Notes under the pieces: generated by a model | Seen by the model: only the letters and a program-made list of their open reading frames with translations | Databases searched by the model: none | What the model was told of the DNA's origin: nothing | Position numbers and translations under genes: made by a program | Shown here: piece by piece, positions 14,251-31,140 of the stretch | Layout of the letters: every line of letters begins with the position of its first letter | Position numbering within the stretch: the stretch's first letter is position 1 | NCBI RefSeq assembly: GCF_009914755.1 | Contig: NC_060928.1 | Direction: 5' to 3' (one strand) | Origin: the human T2T-CHM13v2.0 reference genome, Homo sapiens | Length of the DNA stretch: 64,000 nt

Positions 14251-16218
14251 ATTAATTAGTTAAGAAGGTAAACAAAGAAAAATTCCTGCCATTTTGAAGT
14301 TATCTTCTTTTAGAAACTTCCATCCTAGTAGAATGATTATTGTACAGAGGTTATCTTCAAATATAGTGTTGTGAAAAAGCCATAAGAAAAAAGGACCAAC
14401 TGAATTTGAAACCCCATTTGCTGAATAGGTTAACCTCACAAACTCAAGCCACTTGTTTTCTGATCTCTGTCTCCACAAGTGATACGACAAGGAGAAATAG
14501 TTATGTACAATCAGTTATTTTTCTCCAGTCCTCATTCTTCTGAGGCTACTTCTGCCATTAAATAAGGTTTTTCACTCATTCTCTCAAAGAATGTGATTAT
14601 CTTTTTTTGTGAGATGGAGATTGTCTAACAGGAACTAGTTGCGAAATGACTAAAGATGTCAGATGTGAGTCAAGTTCCATTTTATCTCTGTCTAAATTTT
14701 GGCCCATTTTTCTCTCCCACCTCTAGAGTTGGGGACAAAGTCAACAGTCAACTTTTTCCCAAGCTCATGTGTAATTGGTAAAACAATGGATACCACATAA
14801 AAAAGATGAAGTGGACATTTAATAGGTAACTCACAATATCTAATATATTCCTGGAAAAATTAATGGTTCCAAATTAATTCAAACTTTTTACCATAATATA
14901 CTCACTAAATTTAAAAACAAAGGAATAAATCTTTATGTTCTGTTCTATTTGCAATTTTACATACCTTAGTGAAATGCCATCTAAAAATAATAAAACTAGG
15001 CTAATTGCAACTTCACATTGCTGCTTTCAGTCCTGGAATTTTTGTAGTTCCCCAATGTCTTCTGTAACTGCTTAATTTCTTCATTCTTCAGTGGTTATGG
15101 CTGATGCATATCACATAGCTGTTGGGAATGGAGTGACCTGAAAACTGACCAGGTCACTGAATGAAGAGCAACTTTGAAAAGACAATAAAGTATCAGAGCG
15201 TTTTTGTCATGGTGGGTCGAGTTAAGGTCTTATGCAGTGCCCTTCCAAGTTTAACTGTTATTAGCATCCCAACATCACCTAATTTTAAGTATAGCAAGCT
15301 ATAGGAGCTCTTTCTTACATACATTTTATTTGGACTTTCTTCAAAACCTTCTTTATAAGGATAATATTCTCCATTTTGGGGTGCTAATCGTGATTCTCTT
15401 GGTGATTATTTAAATGATTTTTTAAAATCTGTAAAATGAGTAGGTTGCACTAGATCATCATGAAGTTCCAACATTCTGCCAGAGCACTGGTTGCCAAAGC
15501 ATGACTATCATCATGTTATTTCTCTGCTCACAGAGCTATGCTGGCTCCCAAATACCTGTTGCTATGAGATCAAACCCCTATTTGTATTTCAAGTCTCCAC
15601 CAACTAGAGTTACTCTGTCTCTTTTTAATCCTCACTCTTCTGCTACACGTACATAGTCCATACCAGAGAGGTAGTCCAGGATTTAGGTTTACCTCTTCAG
15701 GAGCCACAACTGAGTGCCATACTAGTGCTATTCAAAATGTGATCTGTGCACCACTACTGGTCCATGAAGTTTTTCTTACTGGCTGTGGCAATATAAGTAC
15801 AGGACAGAAGAACATTTAGAAACTTTTAAAACAACTTGCCGTTGTTATGACACCCAAGCACATAATCAGTACACTTGTCTATTTGAACAGTTTTAGTGTT
15901 TCCACACTGGCATGTTGACTGAAAAAGAGCAGAAGCTTCATACAGGTCACATTCAGTAAGACCACATTACAGTGTGTGATTAGTTTAATAACTGTTATCC
16001 AAAATCGTGTAAAGATATTAAATATATGAGTATCTAAACATGTATCTATATTTCAAATTTACTTCATTTTAAATTAAGCATGGCGTTTAGTTTTCAGTTT
16101 AACATAATTAACTAATTCAGAGAAGTAAAATTTTTATTATTTTTAACCCTAATTGAACTATGGTGACACAGGCAAGCTTCACTGGATTTTCTTTTTTTGT
16201 CAAGAAATAATACATCTC

Positions 16219-16566
<348 letters not shown>

Positions 16567-16593
16567 TCAAAATACAGCAGCAGTCATAAATTA

Positions 16594-16914
<321 letters not shown>

Positions 16915-17099
16915 AGTCATAAATTAAATTATGGTGATGAAAGTAATTTTGAAGATAGGAAAACTAAAATGTTTATATTGGTTTAATAAAATAAAATAAT
17001 TTAATAAATGGTGATGAAAGTAACTTTGAAGATAATAAGACTAAAATGTTTATATTGGTTTACTCAGAAGTACACTCTGTCTTAAATTCTGTTTAGTAG

Positions 17100-19040
<1,941 letters not shown>

Positions 19041-19383
19041 TTTGATGTGTGGGATATTTCTTTAAAGTGTAAAGTAATTATTAAATATGGGAATCACTAT
19101 TTTACTCGTAATTTTAATTTTTCTTGTGATATGCAAGTTTAAGAATAAAAGCAATTCTCCATATGAATCACAGTGATATAATAGTTTAAATTTAATGGTG
19201 ATTCTCCAGATAAATCACATTCATGCAAACTTTCAATTAAAATGTGTGTAATTTTTAAGTTTTTTACTTTTCACCTATGTAATGTTTGTTCTGATATTCA
19301 TTTAAAGGTAATATTTTCTCAATTGAATCTAATTAAAAAATTGGCTCATATTTTTTCCTTGTGCTTGTTTTTTAATCAACAAG

Positions 19384-19740
19384 TGTATTAGTTCATTTTC
19401 CTGCTGCTGATAAAGATATACCTGAGATTAAGAAGAAAAAGAGGTTTAATTGGACTTAGAGTTCCACATAGCTGGGGAGACCTCAGAATCATGGCGGGAA
19501 GCAAAAGGCACTTCTTACATGGTGGTGGCAAGAGAAAAAATGAGGAAGATGCAAAAGCGGAAACCCTTGATAAAACCATCAGATCTCATGAGACTTATTC
19601 ACTACCAATGAGAACAGTAAAGGGGAACTGCTCCCATGATTCAAATTAGCTCCCACTGAGTCCCTCCCACAACATGTGGGAATTATGCGGGTATAATTCA
19701 AGATGAGATTTAGGTGGGGACACAGAGCCAAACAATATCA
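19384..19740 (-). mobile_element. THE1 (THE1C-like) MaLR solo LTR
   Basis: TGTATTAG...ATATCA termini; perfect 5-bp TSD ACAAG (19379-19383 / 19741-19745). Confidence 0.93.
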
Positions 19741-19756
19741 ACAAGTAAAAATTGTA

Positions 19757-22165
19757 CAAGCATACTTCATTCTATTGCACTTCACTTTATTGCACTTCAC
19801 AGATACTGCATTTGTTACAAATTAAAAGTTTGTGGCAACTCGGCATGGAGCAAGACTATCGTGGAGTCATTTTTCCAACAGCAGGTGTTCCCTTCATGTC
19901 TCTGTGTCACATTTTGGTAAGTCTCACAATATTTCAAACTTTTTGATCATTATTACATCTGTTATGCTATCTCTAATCAGTGTTCTCTGATGTTACTATC
20001 ATAATTGTTTTGGGGCACCACAAACTGGGCCCATATAAGATGGCAAACTTGATCCATAAAGGTTGTTTGTGTTCTGACTGCTATACTGGGCCAGCTCTTT
20101 CCCTGTCTCTTTCCTTCTTCTCTGGATTCCCTATTCCTCGAGACACAATAATATTGAAATTAAGCCAATTAATAACCCTATAATAGACTCTTAGTGTTCA
20201 GCTGAAGAAAGAGTCTCACATCTCTTCCTTTAAATCAATAGGTAGAAATGATCAAGCATGGTGAGGAAGGTATGTTGAAAGCCCAGATAGGCCAACAGCT
20301 AGGCTTCTTGAGCCATACACTTAGCCAAGCTGCAAATGCAAAGCAAAAGTTCTTGAAGGAATTTTAAAGTATTACCTCAATGAACACACAAATGATAACA
20401 AAGCAAAACAGCCTTATTGCTGATGTGGAAAAGGTTTTATTGGTCTGAATAGAAAATCAAACCAGCCACAACATGTACTTAAGCCAAAGCCTAATCCAGA
20501 GCAAGGCCCCAATTCTCTTCAATTTTCTAAAGGCTGAGAGAGTTGAGGAAGAAGTGGAAGAAAAGTCTGAAGCTAACAGAGGCTGATTCATGAGGTTTAA
20601 GAAAAGAAGCATCTCCATAACATAAAACTGCAAAGGGAGACAACAAGTGCTAATGCAGAGCTGCAGCAAGTTATCCAGAAGATCTACGTAAGATCATCGA
20701 TGAAGGTGGCTATAGTAAACAACAAATTGTAAATGCAGACAAAACAGCCATATATTTGAAGAAGATTTCACCCAGGACTTTGATAGCTAGAGAGAAGTCA
20801 ACACCCAAGTTCAAAGCTTTAAAGGCCAAACTGAGTTTCTTGCTAGGAGCTCATCTACCATTCGAAAAATTCTAGGGCTCATAAGAATTATGCTAAATCT
20901 ACTGTGCTTGTGTTCTAAAGGTGGAAAGACAAAATCTGGATGACAGTAAATCTACTTATAGCATGGCTTACTGAATATTTTAACCCCACTATTGAGACCT
21001 ACTGCTCAGAGAAAAAGATTCCCTCTGAAGTATTACTGTTCATTGACAATGCACCTGGAGACCCAAGATCTCTGACAGAGATGTACAAGGAAATTAATGT
21101 TGTTTTCATGCCTGCTAACACAGCACCAATCTGCAGCCCGGGAAACAAGAAATAATTTCCATGTTTAGGACTTATTATTTAAGAAATACACTTCATACAT
21201 ATGTAACAAACCTGCACATTGTGCACATGTACCCTAGAACTTAAAGTATAATTCAAAAAAAAAGAAATACACTTCATAAAAGCTATAGCTGTCACAGATA
21301 GTAATTCTTCTGATGGATCTTAGCAAAGTAAATGGAAAATCTTCTGAAAATGATTCACCATTCTAGATGCTATTTAGAACATTTGTGATTAATGTGGGAA
21401 GGTCAGTATATTAACATTAACAGGAGTTTGGAATTGATTCCAATGATCATGGATGACTTGGAGGGGTTTAAGACTTCAGTGAAGGAAGTAACTGCAGATG
21501 TGATGGGAATAGAAAGAGAATTAGAAGTGGAGCCTGAAGATGACTGAATTGTTGCAATCTCTTGAAAAAACTTGAACAGATGAGGAGTTGCTTCTCATAG
21601 ATGAACAAAGAAATTGGATGGAATCTACTCCTGACGAAGATACTTTGAACATTGCTGAAATGACTACAAAGCATTTAGGATATTACATAAATCTAGTTGA
21701 TAAAACAGTGGCAGAGTTTGAGAGGATTAATTCCAAGTCTAAAAGAAGTTCTTCTGTGAGTAAAATGTTGTCTGACAGTATCACATGCCACAGAGAAATC
21801 TTCTGTGAAAGGAAGTCAATTAATGTGGCAAATTTTATTATTGTCTTATTTTAATAAATTGTTGCAGCCACCCAAACCTTTAGCAACCACCACCCTGATC
21901 AGTCAGCAGCCATCAACATTGAGGCAAGTCATTTCACCAGCAAAAATTATGACTTTCCGAAGGTTCAGATGATCGTTAGCATTTTTGAGCAATAAAGTAT
22001 TTCAAAATAAGATATGCATATTTTTTAGACATAATGCTATTGCACTCTTAATAGACTGCAGTATAGTCTAAACATAACTTTAATATGCACTGGGAAGCCC
22101 AAAAATTTGTGTGACTCACCTTATTGTGATAATCCCTTTATTGTGGTGGTCTGGAAACAGACCAT
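19757..22165 (+). mobile_element. Tigger1 (TcMar-pogo), near full length, decayed transposase
   Basis: TA + CAAGCATACTTC...TTTATTGCACTTCACAGATACTGC start; ORF 20940-21155 contains LLFIDNAPG...VVFMPANT (pogo DDE domain); end region TTATTGTGGTGGTCTGGAA. Confidence 0.93.
21198..21261 (+). mobile_element. 64-bp L1PA 3' terminus inserted in Tigger1
   Basis: CATATGTAACAAACCTGCACATTGTGCACATGTACCCTAGAACTTAAAGTATAAT plus A-tail; perfect 17-bp TSD AAGAAATACACTTCATA (21181-21197 / 21262-21278). Confidence 0.95.
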
Positions 22166-22204
22166 ATAGACATACACAATTTGTCACATACTTCTGTTAA
22201 AATA

Positions 22205-22209
22205 TTATA

Positions 22210-22245
<36 letters not shown>
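22205..22245. repeat. (TA)n microsatellite
   Basis: Direct read. Confidence 0.95.
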
Positions 22246-22251
<6 letters not shown>

Positions 22252-22417
22252 ATTTAGTTACCTTTTATTTTCTCCTTCTGTATCTAATCTAGGGGATTGT
22301 TTTTAGTTCAATAATTAATTTAAGGCTAGTATTATATTTGTTAAACCTGACATTTACTCAGTACTTAAAGTTTAAAGTTCCTTTTCTTTACTTTGGATTT
22401 ACAGCTGCCTAAAGCAG

Positions 22418-22613
22418 CAGTCATTTCCAAGCTGCCTTATTATGTTGTTGTTCTATTTTGTTTTGTTTTAGGCTTTTAGCAACATGAAGTTATGGTTTTT
22501 AGTTTCTGTCTCTGTTGATAAGTGGAAAAGAAGAATGAGGAAGGGGCTTTACTGGCCCAATCGGAAACGGAAACTAAGAAACCATGACTGTATTCTCTCC
22601 CTTGGACACCCTG
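22418..22613 (+). mobile_element. MER107-like non-autonomous hAT element with an internal long hairpin
   Basis: Imperfect termini CAG...TCCAA / TTGGACACCCTG; body TAGGCTTTTAGC...GAAACTAAGAAACCATGACTGTATTCTCTCCC matches the recalled consensus; family name from memory. Confidence 0.6.
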
Positions 22614-23692
22614 ACCACAAGATCATCAATCCCTTTCCCCCTCTGTTTTTTGCTTGTTTGTTTGTTTTAAGTAAGACCTTCAGAATGGTTTGTATTTTTG
22701 GTGGCTATTTATTTTCCCTTTTTACATATCTCTTTGAGGGTTTACCTGATGAGTTCTTGGTGATCCAGAGGGAGTGGAACTTTTAAATAGGCAAAAGGTG
22801 ACAGGGTACAGCTGGGTTTCAAATAACTGATGTCAGGCCTAAAAATGAATGCTGAGGTAGCAACTAAGTTAAATTTGTGACAGCAGCAAAATGAAAAAAA
22901 ATTTTTAACGAACAATTATTTTCTCTAGATAGTTGAAACACACTGTACTACTATTATTGTCAGGAATGATACAATGCTGGGAACATGGTACATGCTCAGC
23001 TGACAAATACCTGTGAATAGATAGATTTATATTAATAAATTGGGTTACATTTTCTGAAGGAAGTAATTTCTCCAAGTGGATAGCTGTATCTATAGAGAGA
23101 TTCTATGCATCTACCAGTTTCCAGGGGTAGTCATCATTAAAGTACACACCAGGATTTTCACCAGGATTTTGTCACTGCTTTATTCCAATGCTTTTGCAAT
23201 GTCAGGCCATTCCATTCTGGAGGCAAATACCTAAAGCTAGTCACAGAAACAGGCCTCAAATAGTTAGAAAGTAAAGTATTAGATACTCTATTAAGAGCAA
23301 CATGAACAAGTCCTTGGCCAAAAATGTCTTATAGATTTTAACCTTGAATATGTGTAATGCTTTGGCTTCTTAAGATATTCTATCAATAATAAAATGTCTT
23401 ACTGACTTGTAGCGTATTATTGTTTTATCATTTAGATAACTGGAAGACGAAAGTGAAAAAAGAGGAAGAAGGATTTCAGAAATAAGATTAATCAGCACCA
23501 TAATTTCTCCCTAGAAGTATATAACCATCCACAGGGTCATGAGGTCCAATCTCAGCTCCTAAATCTAAATGTAATATATAATGTGCGAGAGACTTCCTGT
23601 TTCTGGTAGTAGATGGTTAAGTTATTTGTGTGAATCTCCCAGCTGAAGATAAAACAAAACAAAAATAGGATAAAATTATCTGTATCTGTAAA

Positions 23693-23777
23693 TACACACA
23701 CACAAATATATACATACAAACACATACTTGCACACATATACACACATTCATACACACACACACACACACACATACAT
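23693..23777. repeat. Compound (CA)n/(TA)n repeat
   Basis: Direct read. Confidence 0.9.
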
Positions 23778-23879
23778 TTTTTTTTTAAGTTTCCCAAGTA
23801 TTTGTATCCACAGAATAACCTTCATATAGAGATGCTTTTACCCAAGGCCTCAGACTCTCGCTCAAATAAACTTTTTAGG

Positions 23880-24790
<911 letters not shown>

Positions 24791-25860
24791 AAGAGAAATT
24801 TCTTCCCCATTGGTTTGTAACATTTTCTTACAGTGAGTTGGATGGCTGGATTATGTGCAAATGTTCTTCTCGAAATTCAGGTTCCTAGAATTCATGAATT
24901 TAATATAGCATTGTGAAAGTTAAGAGAAAGTCTTTTGTTCTCATTGCTTAGAAATCTAAGTGAAGCCTAATACATTCCTGGGATTTTCAAAACCTAGGTT
25001 GCTTTTGCCTTTGCCAGAATGTTAAATTGCCATAAATTTTCCAATTTTTGCCATGTACTGCACTGTACTTGCCATTATTTGTATAATATATTTCACATCA
25101 TTGTTTGTCTATTTTCTTCCCCAACCGTGTTGCAGCACCGGACATTGTAGTCCTAAGGCAGTTATAGGAAAAGATATCAATGCATGACTAAATCCCAGAA
25201 AACTAGGCTCCTACAATAGGAGGTTTTCTCTTAGCCCTCTCGTCATCAAGGCTGAGTGCTTCTAAGGGATTTAATATACAATAACACCGTGTATAATTCC
25301 TCCTAAATTCAGAGATGTGAACAAGAATAATGTCCTGACAAATCCATGGTGTTTAGTATTTCAATGAACAAAGCAAGCACACTCTTTTTTTTCTATAAAC
25401 TGTATAAACAATTATGTGGGTAAAATAATCTCACAGAATGTCTGAAAAGTAGCAAAGAGTGTGGTATGACCAGAAAATTTCTCAAGAGATTGAAAAAAAG
25501 CAAAACCCTGCTTCCTTGTCTATTTGAAAATTTGATGTTAGGAAACCAGCTAGGCTGAGTTTTTGTTTGACCCAAGGTAAACAAAAGAATATACTTCATA
25601 TTGCAAAATAAAACGACATACCAAGACTTTTGAATTTGATCACAAGTATCATCCCAAAATGCAAAGTCATGTATCCCTTTGGAAATTCATAGGAAAAATG
25701 GCAAAAACAAAGTAAAGCAGTTTAGCTCCCAGTATTTGTAAGTTAGAGAAAAGTTTTGCTTTAGTTTTTCTGTGTGTGCAAAACCAGTCTTAAAGAAACC
25801 ACTTTCCAGGCGAGTTCAAGTAAGAATTATTCATTCTCTTTAGGACTTTAAGTGACAAGG

Positions 25861-26207
25861 TGATATAGTTTGGATATTTGTCCCTCCAAATCTCATTTGA
25901 AATGTGATCCCCAGTGTTGGAGGTGGGGCCTAGTGGGAGGTGTTCGTGTCCTGGTGGTGGATCACTCATGAATGGCTTAGTGCTGCCCTGGCAGTAATGA
26001 GTGAATTGTCTCTCTGCTAGTTCCCCAAAACATGGCTATTTAAAAGAGTGTGACACCCCTCCCATCTCTCTTGCTCCCTCTCTCTCTCACATCATGTGAC
26101 ATCCCTGCTCCCCTTTAGCCTTCTGCTGTGTCTGGAATCTTCCTGAGATTCTTACCAGAAGTACATGCCAGTGCCACACTTCTTATATGACCCGCAGAAC
26201 AGTGAGC

Positions 26208-26213
<6 letters not shown>
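25861..26213 (+). mobile_element. MST (MSTB-like) MaLR LTR, 3'-truncated
   Basis: TGATATAGTTTGGATATTTGTCCC...GGAGGTGGGGCCTAGTGGGAGG...CAGAACAGTGAGCCAAAT; terminal part missing. Confidence 0.88.
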
Positions 26214-26845
<632 letters not shown>

Positions 26846-29800
26846 AAGGCTTCTTATGCATTATTGAGATAATTCTATGTTTTTTTTTGTACTTCTTTCT
26901 GTTTAAAACTAGTTATTTCTAGTTCTGCAAATAATGCCATTTGTAGTTTGATAGGAATAGCATTGAATCTGCAATGCCATATTGCCCAAAGCATACTTGT
27001 GGCATCATATTTATTGACGTGCAGGTTGAATCATTGTTGGATTCCAGAGATAAGTTCCATTTGATTATAGCATATTGTCCTATTAATGAGCTGTTGAATT
27101 TCATTTCATAGTATTGTGTTGAGGATTTTTGCATCTACGTTCATCAAAGCTACTGTACTATAATATTCTTTTCTTGTACAGTCCCTGTCTGTTTTTGGTA
27201 TCAGGGTAACGAACCCTGGCCTCAAAAAATGAATTTGGAAGTGTTTTCTCCTCTTCAATTTTGTGGATGAGTTTAGGAAGGATTGGTGTTAATTAGTTAA
27301 ATGCTTGGTAGAATTCACCACTGAATCCATATAGTCCTAGGATTTTCTTTGTTGGGAAGTTTCTGATTAATAATTAAATTTCCTTCATCATTATTGGTCT
27401 ATTTGGATTTCCATTTTCTTCATAATTAATTCTTGCTAAGTTGTATGTTACCAGAAATTTATCTACTTATAGGTTCTTCAATTTGTTGGTATTCATTTTT
27501 TTTCGTAGTAGTCTTGTGATCCTTTGTATTTTTGTGTGTTCAGTTGTAACATCTGCTTTCTGATTTAAATTTTTATTTTGTAGTCTTCTCTTTCTCTTGC
27601 TTAATCTAGCTACTGATTTGTTAATTGTATCTTTTCAAAAACCAATTCAGTTTTGTTGATTATTTCTATTGTCATTCTAATCTCTATTTTATTATTTATG
27701 TAATAATCTATCATTTCCTTCCTTCTGCTGACTCTGGGCTCAGTTTATTATTTACCTAGTTTCTCTAAGTGTAAAATTAACTTGTTTATTACCTTCTTCT
27801 TAATGTAAGCATTTACTCCTATAAACTTTCCCTTTAGAAATGCTTTTGTGGCATCCTATATTTTAAAATATTTTTTAAAATATGTTTCCATTTCTTCATT
27901 TCTCAAGTTTTTTAATTTTTCCTTTTGATTTCTTCCTGGATCCACTGGTTATTAAGGATTGTGTTATTTAACTTCCATGTGTTTGTGAACTTGCTGAAAG
28001 TTCTTCTGTTACTGATTTCTAAGTGAATACTACTGTGGTTAGAAAAGATACTTGAAATGATTTTAATCTTCTTAAATCTGTTAAGACTTGTTTTGTTGTC
28101 CAAAATATAGCCTACCATCGAGAATGTACTGTGTGCTCTTGAGAACAATATAATCTACTTACATTGGATGGAGCATTTTGTATGTTTGTTAGGTCCATTT
28201 GGCATATAGTATTGTTCAAGTCCACTGTTACCCAATTGATTTTTTGACTCAATGATCAACCCATTGCTGAAAGTGAGGTATTGAAATCCCCTACAGTTAT
28301 TTTATTGCTGGCAATTTTATTCTTCATGTCTGTCAAAATTGGCTTTATATACTTAGCTGAGCTATTCTTGGGTGAATTTGTTTACAATTATTATATCTTC
28401 TTGATTAATGGGCCCATTTATCATAATGTAATTACCTTCTTTAATTTTTTTGAGAGATTTTGACATAAAATATATTTTTTCTAATATAAGTATAAGCAGC
28501 CCTTTTTTTGGTTATACTTTACATGGAATATCTTAACATTTTAAGTGATTATTGATAGGTAAGGAGGTAGAATTGCCATTATGTTCATTGTTTCCTTATT
28601 TTGTAGTTCGTTTGTTCCTTTCTTTCTGTCTTTATTGATGATATAACGGTTTATTATAGTGGTATGCTTTGATTCCTTACTCTGTCTTTTACTTATCCAC
28701 TAGAAGTTTTTTTTTCTTTGTGGTTACCATGGAGCTTGCATAAAATATCTTATAGTTATACCATTCTTTTAAAAACTGATAGCAACTTAACTTCAATTGT
28801 GAACAGAAACACTACAGTTTTATTTCTTACTCCTCCCACATTTGAGGTCATTTAATGCCTATATATTGTGTATCCATCAACAATTTATTAAAGGTATAAT
28901 TATTTTTAATGTTTTTATCTTTTGAATTTTGAGCTAAATATAAAAGTGATTTACACATCACCATTACATTATTCAATATTCAAATATTCTGAATTTGACT
29001 GTATTCTTACCTTTGTAATGAATTATATGCTTTCATATGTTTCCATGTTTTTACTTAGTGTTCTTTTGTTTCAACTTGAAGAACTCCTGTACCATTTTTT
29101 ATAAGGCAGGTTTTATGGTGATGAATTTCCTCTTTATTTCTTCTTCATTTCCAAAGGGCAGATTTTCAGGGTATAGTATTTTTGGTCGGCAGGTTGTTTT
29201 TTTGTTGTTGTTGTTCTTGTTTCTGTTTTTGTTTTCTTTCCAGCACTTTGAATATAGTATCTCACTCCGTTTTGACTTGCAAGTTTTCTGTTGAGAAGTC
29301 CATTGATACCCTTATGGAAGTTCCCTTGTCTTTGACAAGTCTCTTTTCTCTCACCCTTTTCAAGAATCTCCCTTTGTCTTTGACTTTTAACAATTGGATT
29401 ATAGTGCATCTCAAAGTATTCTTCTTTGGGTTGCTTTTACTTAAGTCCTTTGGGATTCCTGAATCTGGATGTCCATATTCTTCTCAAGATTTGGGAATCT
29501 TTCAGCCAGTGTTTCTTTAAATAAGCTTTCTATCTCCTTCTCTCTCGTATTTGAAAATTTCATTTGTATATAGTCATGAGCCATATGACATTTTGGTAAA
29601 CAGACCACATATATGATGGTGTTCCCATAAGATTATAATATTGTATTTTCACCATACCTTTTTTAATGCTTGGATATGTTTAGATACACAAATATTTACC
29701 ATTGTATTACAGTTGCCTACAGTATTATGTATAGTATATGTTGTACTGGTTTGCAGTCTAGGAGCAATATGCTATATTATAAAGCCCAGGTGTACAGTAG

Positions 29801-31140
29801 CCTACAATTATAGATTCGTGTAAATATATTCCATGATATTCACATGACATATTCACCTAACAATGCATTTCTCAGAACATATCCCCATTGTTAAGTAACA
29901 TATACTTTATTCATAATTTGATAGTGTCCCCTAAGGCTCTTGTGCTTTCTTCACTCTTCTTCATTCTTATGTTGGTCCCTCTAATTAGCTAATTTCAAAT
30001 GACCTGTATTTAATGTTGCTAATTCTTTCTTCTGCATGATCAAGTCTTCTGTTGAAGTTCTCTATTGAATTTTTCACTTCTGTTATTGTATTCTCAACTC
30101 CAGGATTTTTGTTTGGTTCTTTTTATGCTCTTTGTCTATTAAGGATTAAGGGTTTTTTTTCCTCATTCATCATTTTCTAAATTTTGTTTAGCTTTCTGTC
30201 TGTTCGCTTGCACCTCACTGCCCTTCAAGATTATGATTTTGAGTTTTTTTCTAGGCTATTTGTATATTTCCTTTTCTTTGAGATGAGTTATTAAAACTCT
30301 GTTCATTTTCTTTAGTGGTGTCAGATTTAACTGATTGATTATTATCCATGTATCCTTGTATTAGTGTCTTTCATTTGAAGAAACAAACACCTCATCCAGT
30401 CTTTACAGACTCCTTTTGGCAGGTGAAGACCTTCTCCTGTTGGGTTTCAGGCTGATAGAACTGACTCTTGGATTGCACTTGGGTAGGGTTGGAGCCAGTT
30501 TATGTGACTGCTACTGAGTCCTCAGTGTAGTCTGTACTCGGCAGGACAGTTACCAAGGCTCAAGTGGGTGTGGATCTTTTCTAGTCTCTAGGTCAACTAG
30601 ACTGCCTCAAGGACTTTGCCAAGAAGAGCTGGTACTAGGATGAAGGTTAGCTTTAAGGTTCACAGATAAATTTGAGTGCATAGACAGGTTTGATTCCCAT
30701 GGATCTCAGGGAAGTTTCCTTCTGGGTGTCTGGGTGGACTCCTGGCCATGAATTCCTTTCCCCATTCTATGACTGAGTGGAGCTCTAATTGAGTCAAATG
30801 GCTGCTTCAGGGTCCACAGCCAAAATGAGGCCTTCAGGCCTGCCTCTGCAAGTATGGATGGGTATATCTCACGCTGGTCTCTGGGCAAGCAATACTGCTC
30901 TCAGAACACAGGTGACAGGGGCTGAGACTGAGCTACAGGGCCATTTCAAGACCTGCAGTGGAACTAAGTTTAGCTGGATTGACTACAGGGGTACAGATGG
31001 GGGTGCCTTCCTCTGAGTCCTAGATTGGAAGGACTGCTCTCAGACCATAGCTAAGAGGAGCTGAAACTGAGTTACAGTGCTGTTTCAGGATCTGCTTTAA
31101 TACTGAGGTTGGCAGATCTGCGCTGGGAAATCAGACATAC
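26846..31140 (-). mobile_element. Old L1M element: ORF2 5' half, ORF1 and 5'UTR, degenerate
   Basis: ORF 27912-28148 (FSRAHSTFS...SIFSNHSSIHLEI...TWKLNNTILNNQWI) is the L1 endonuclease C-terminus; ORF1-like 29134-29409; GC-richer, internally repetitive 5'UTR ~30420-31130. Confidence 0.85.
29571..29907 (+). mobile_element. Tigger3a (MER7A-like) MITE nested in L1M
   Basis: AGTCATG...GACCACATATATGATGGTGTTCCCATAAGATTATAATA...GCATTTCTCAGAACATATCCCCATTGTTAAG. Confidence 0.85.

Noticed and set aside
19630-19655. DUX4 site in the THE1 LTR
   Set aside because: Reads TGATTCAAATTA, one base longer than the TGATTVRRTTA spacing, so it is not a supportable intact site.
21588-21854. 88-aa ORF resembling a protein C-terminus
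   Set aside because: Lies within the Tigger1 3' region and is part of the decayed element.
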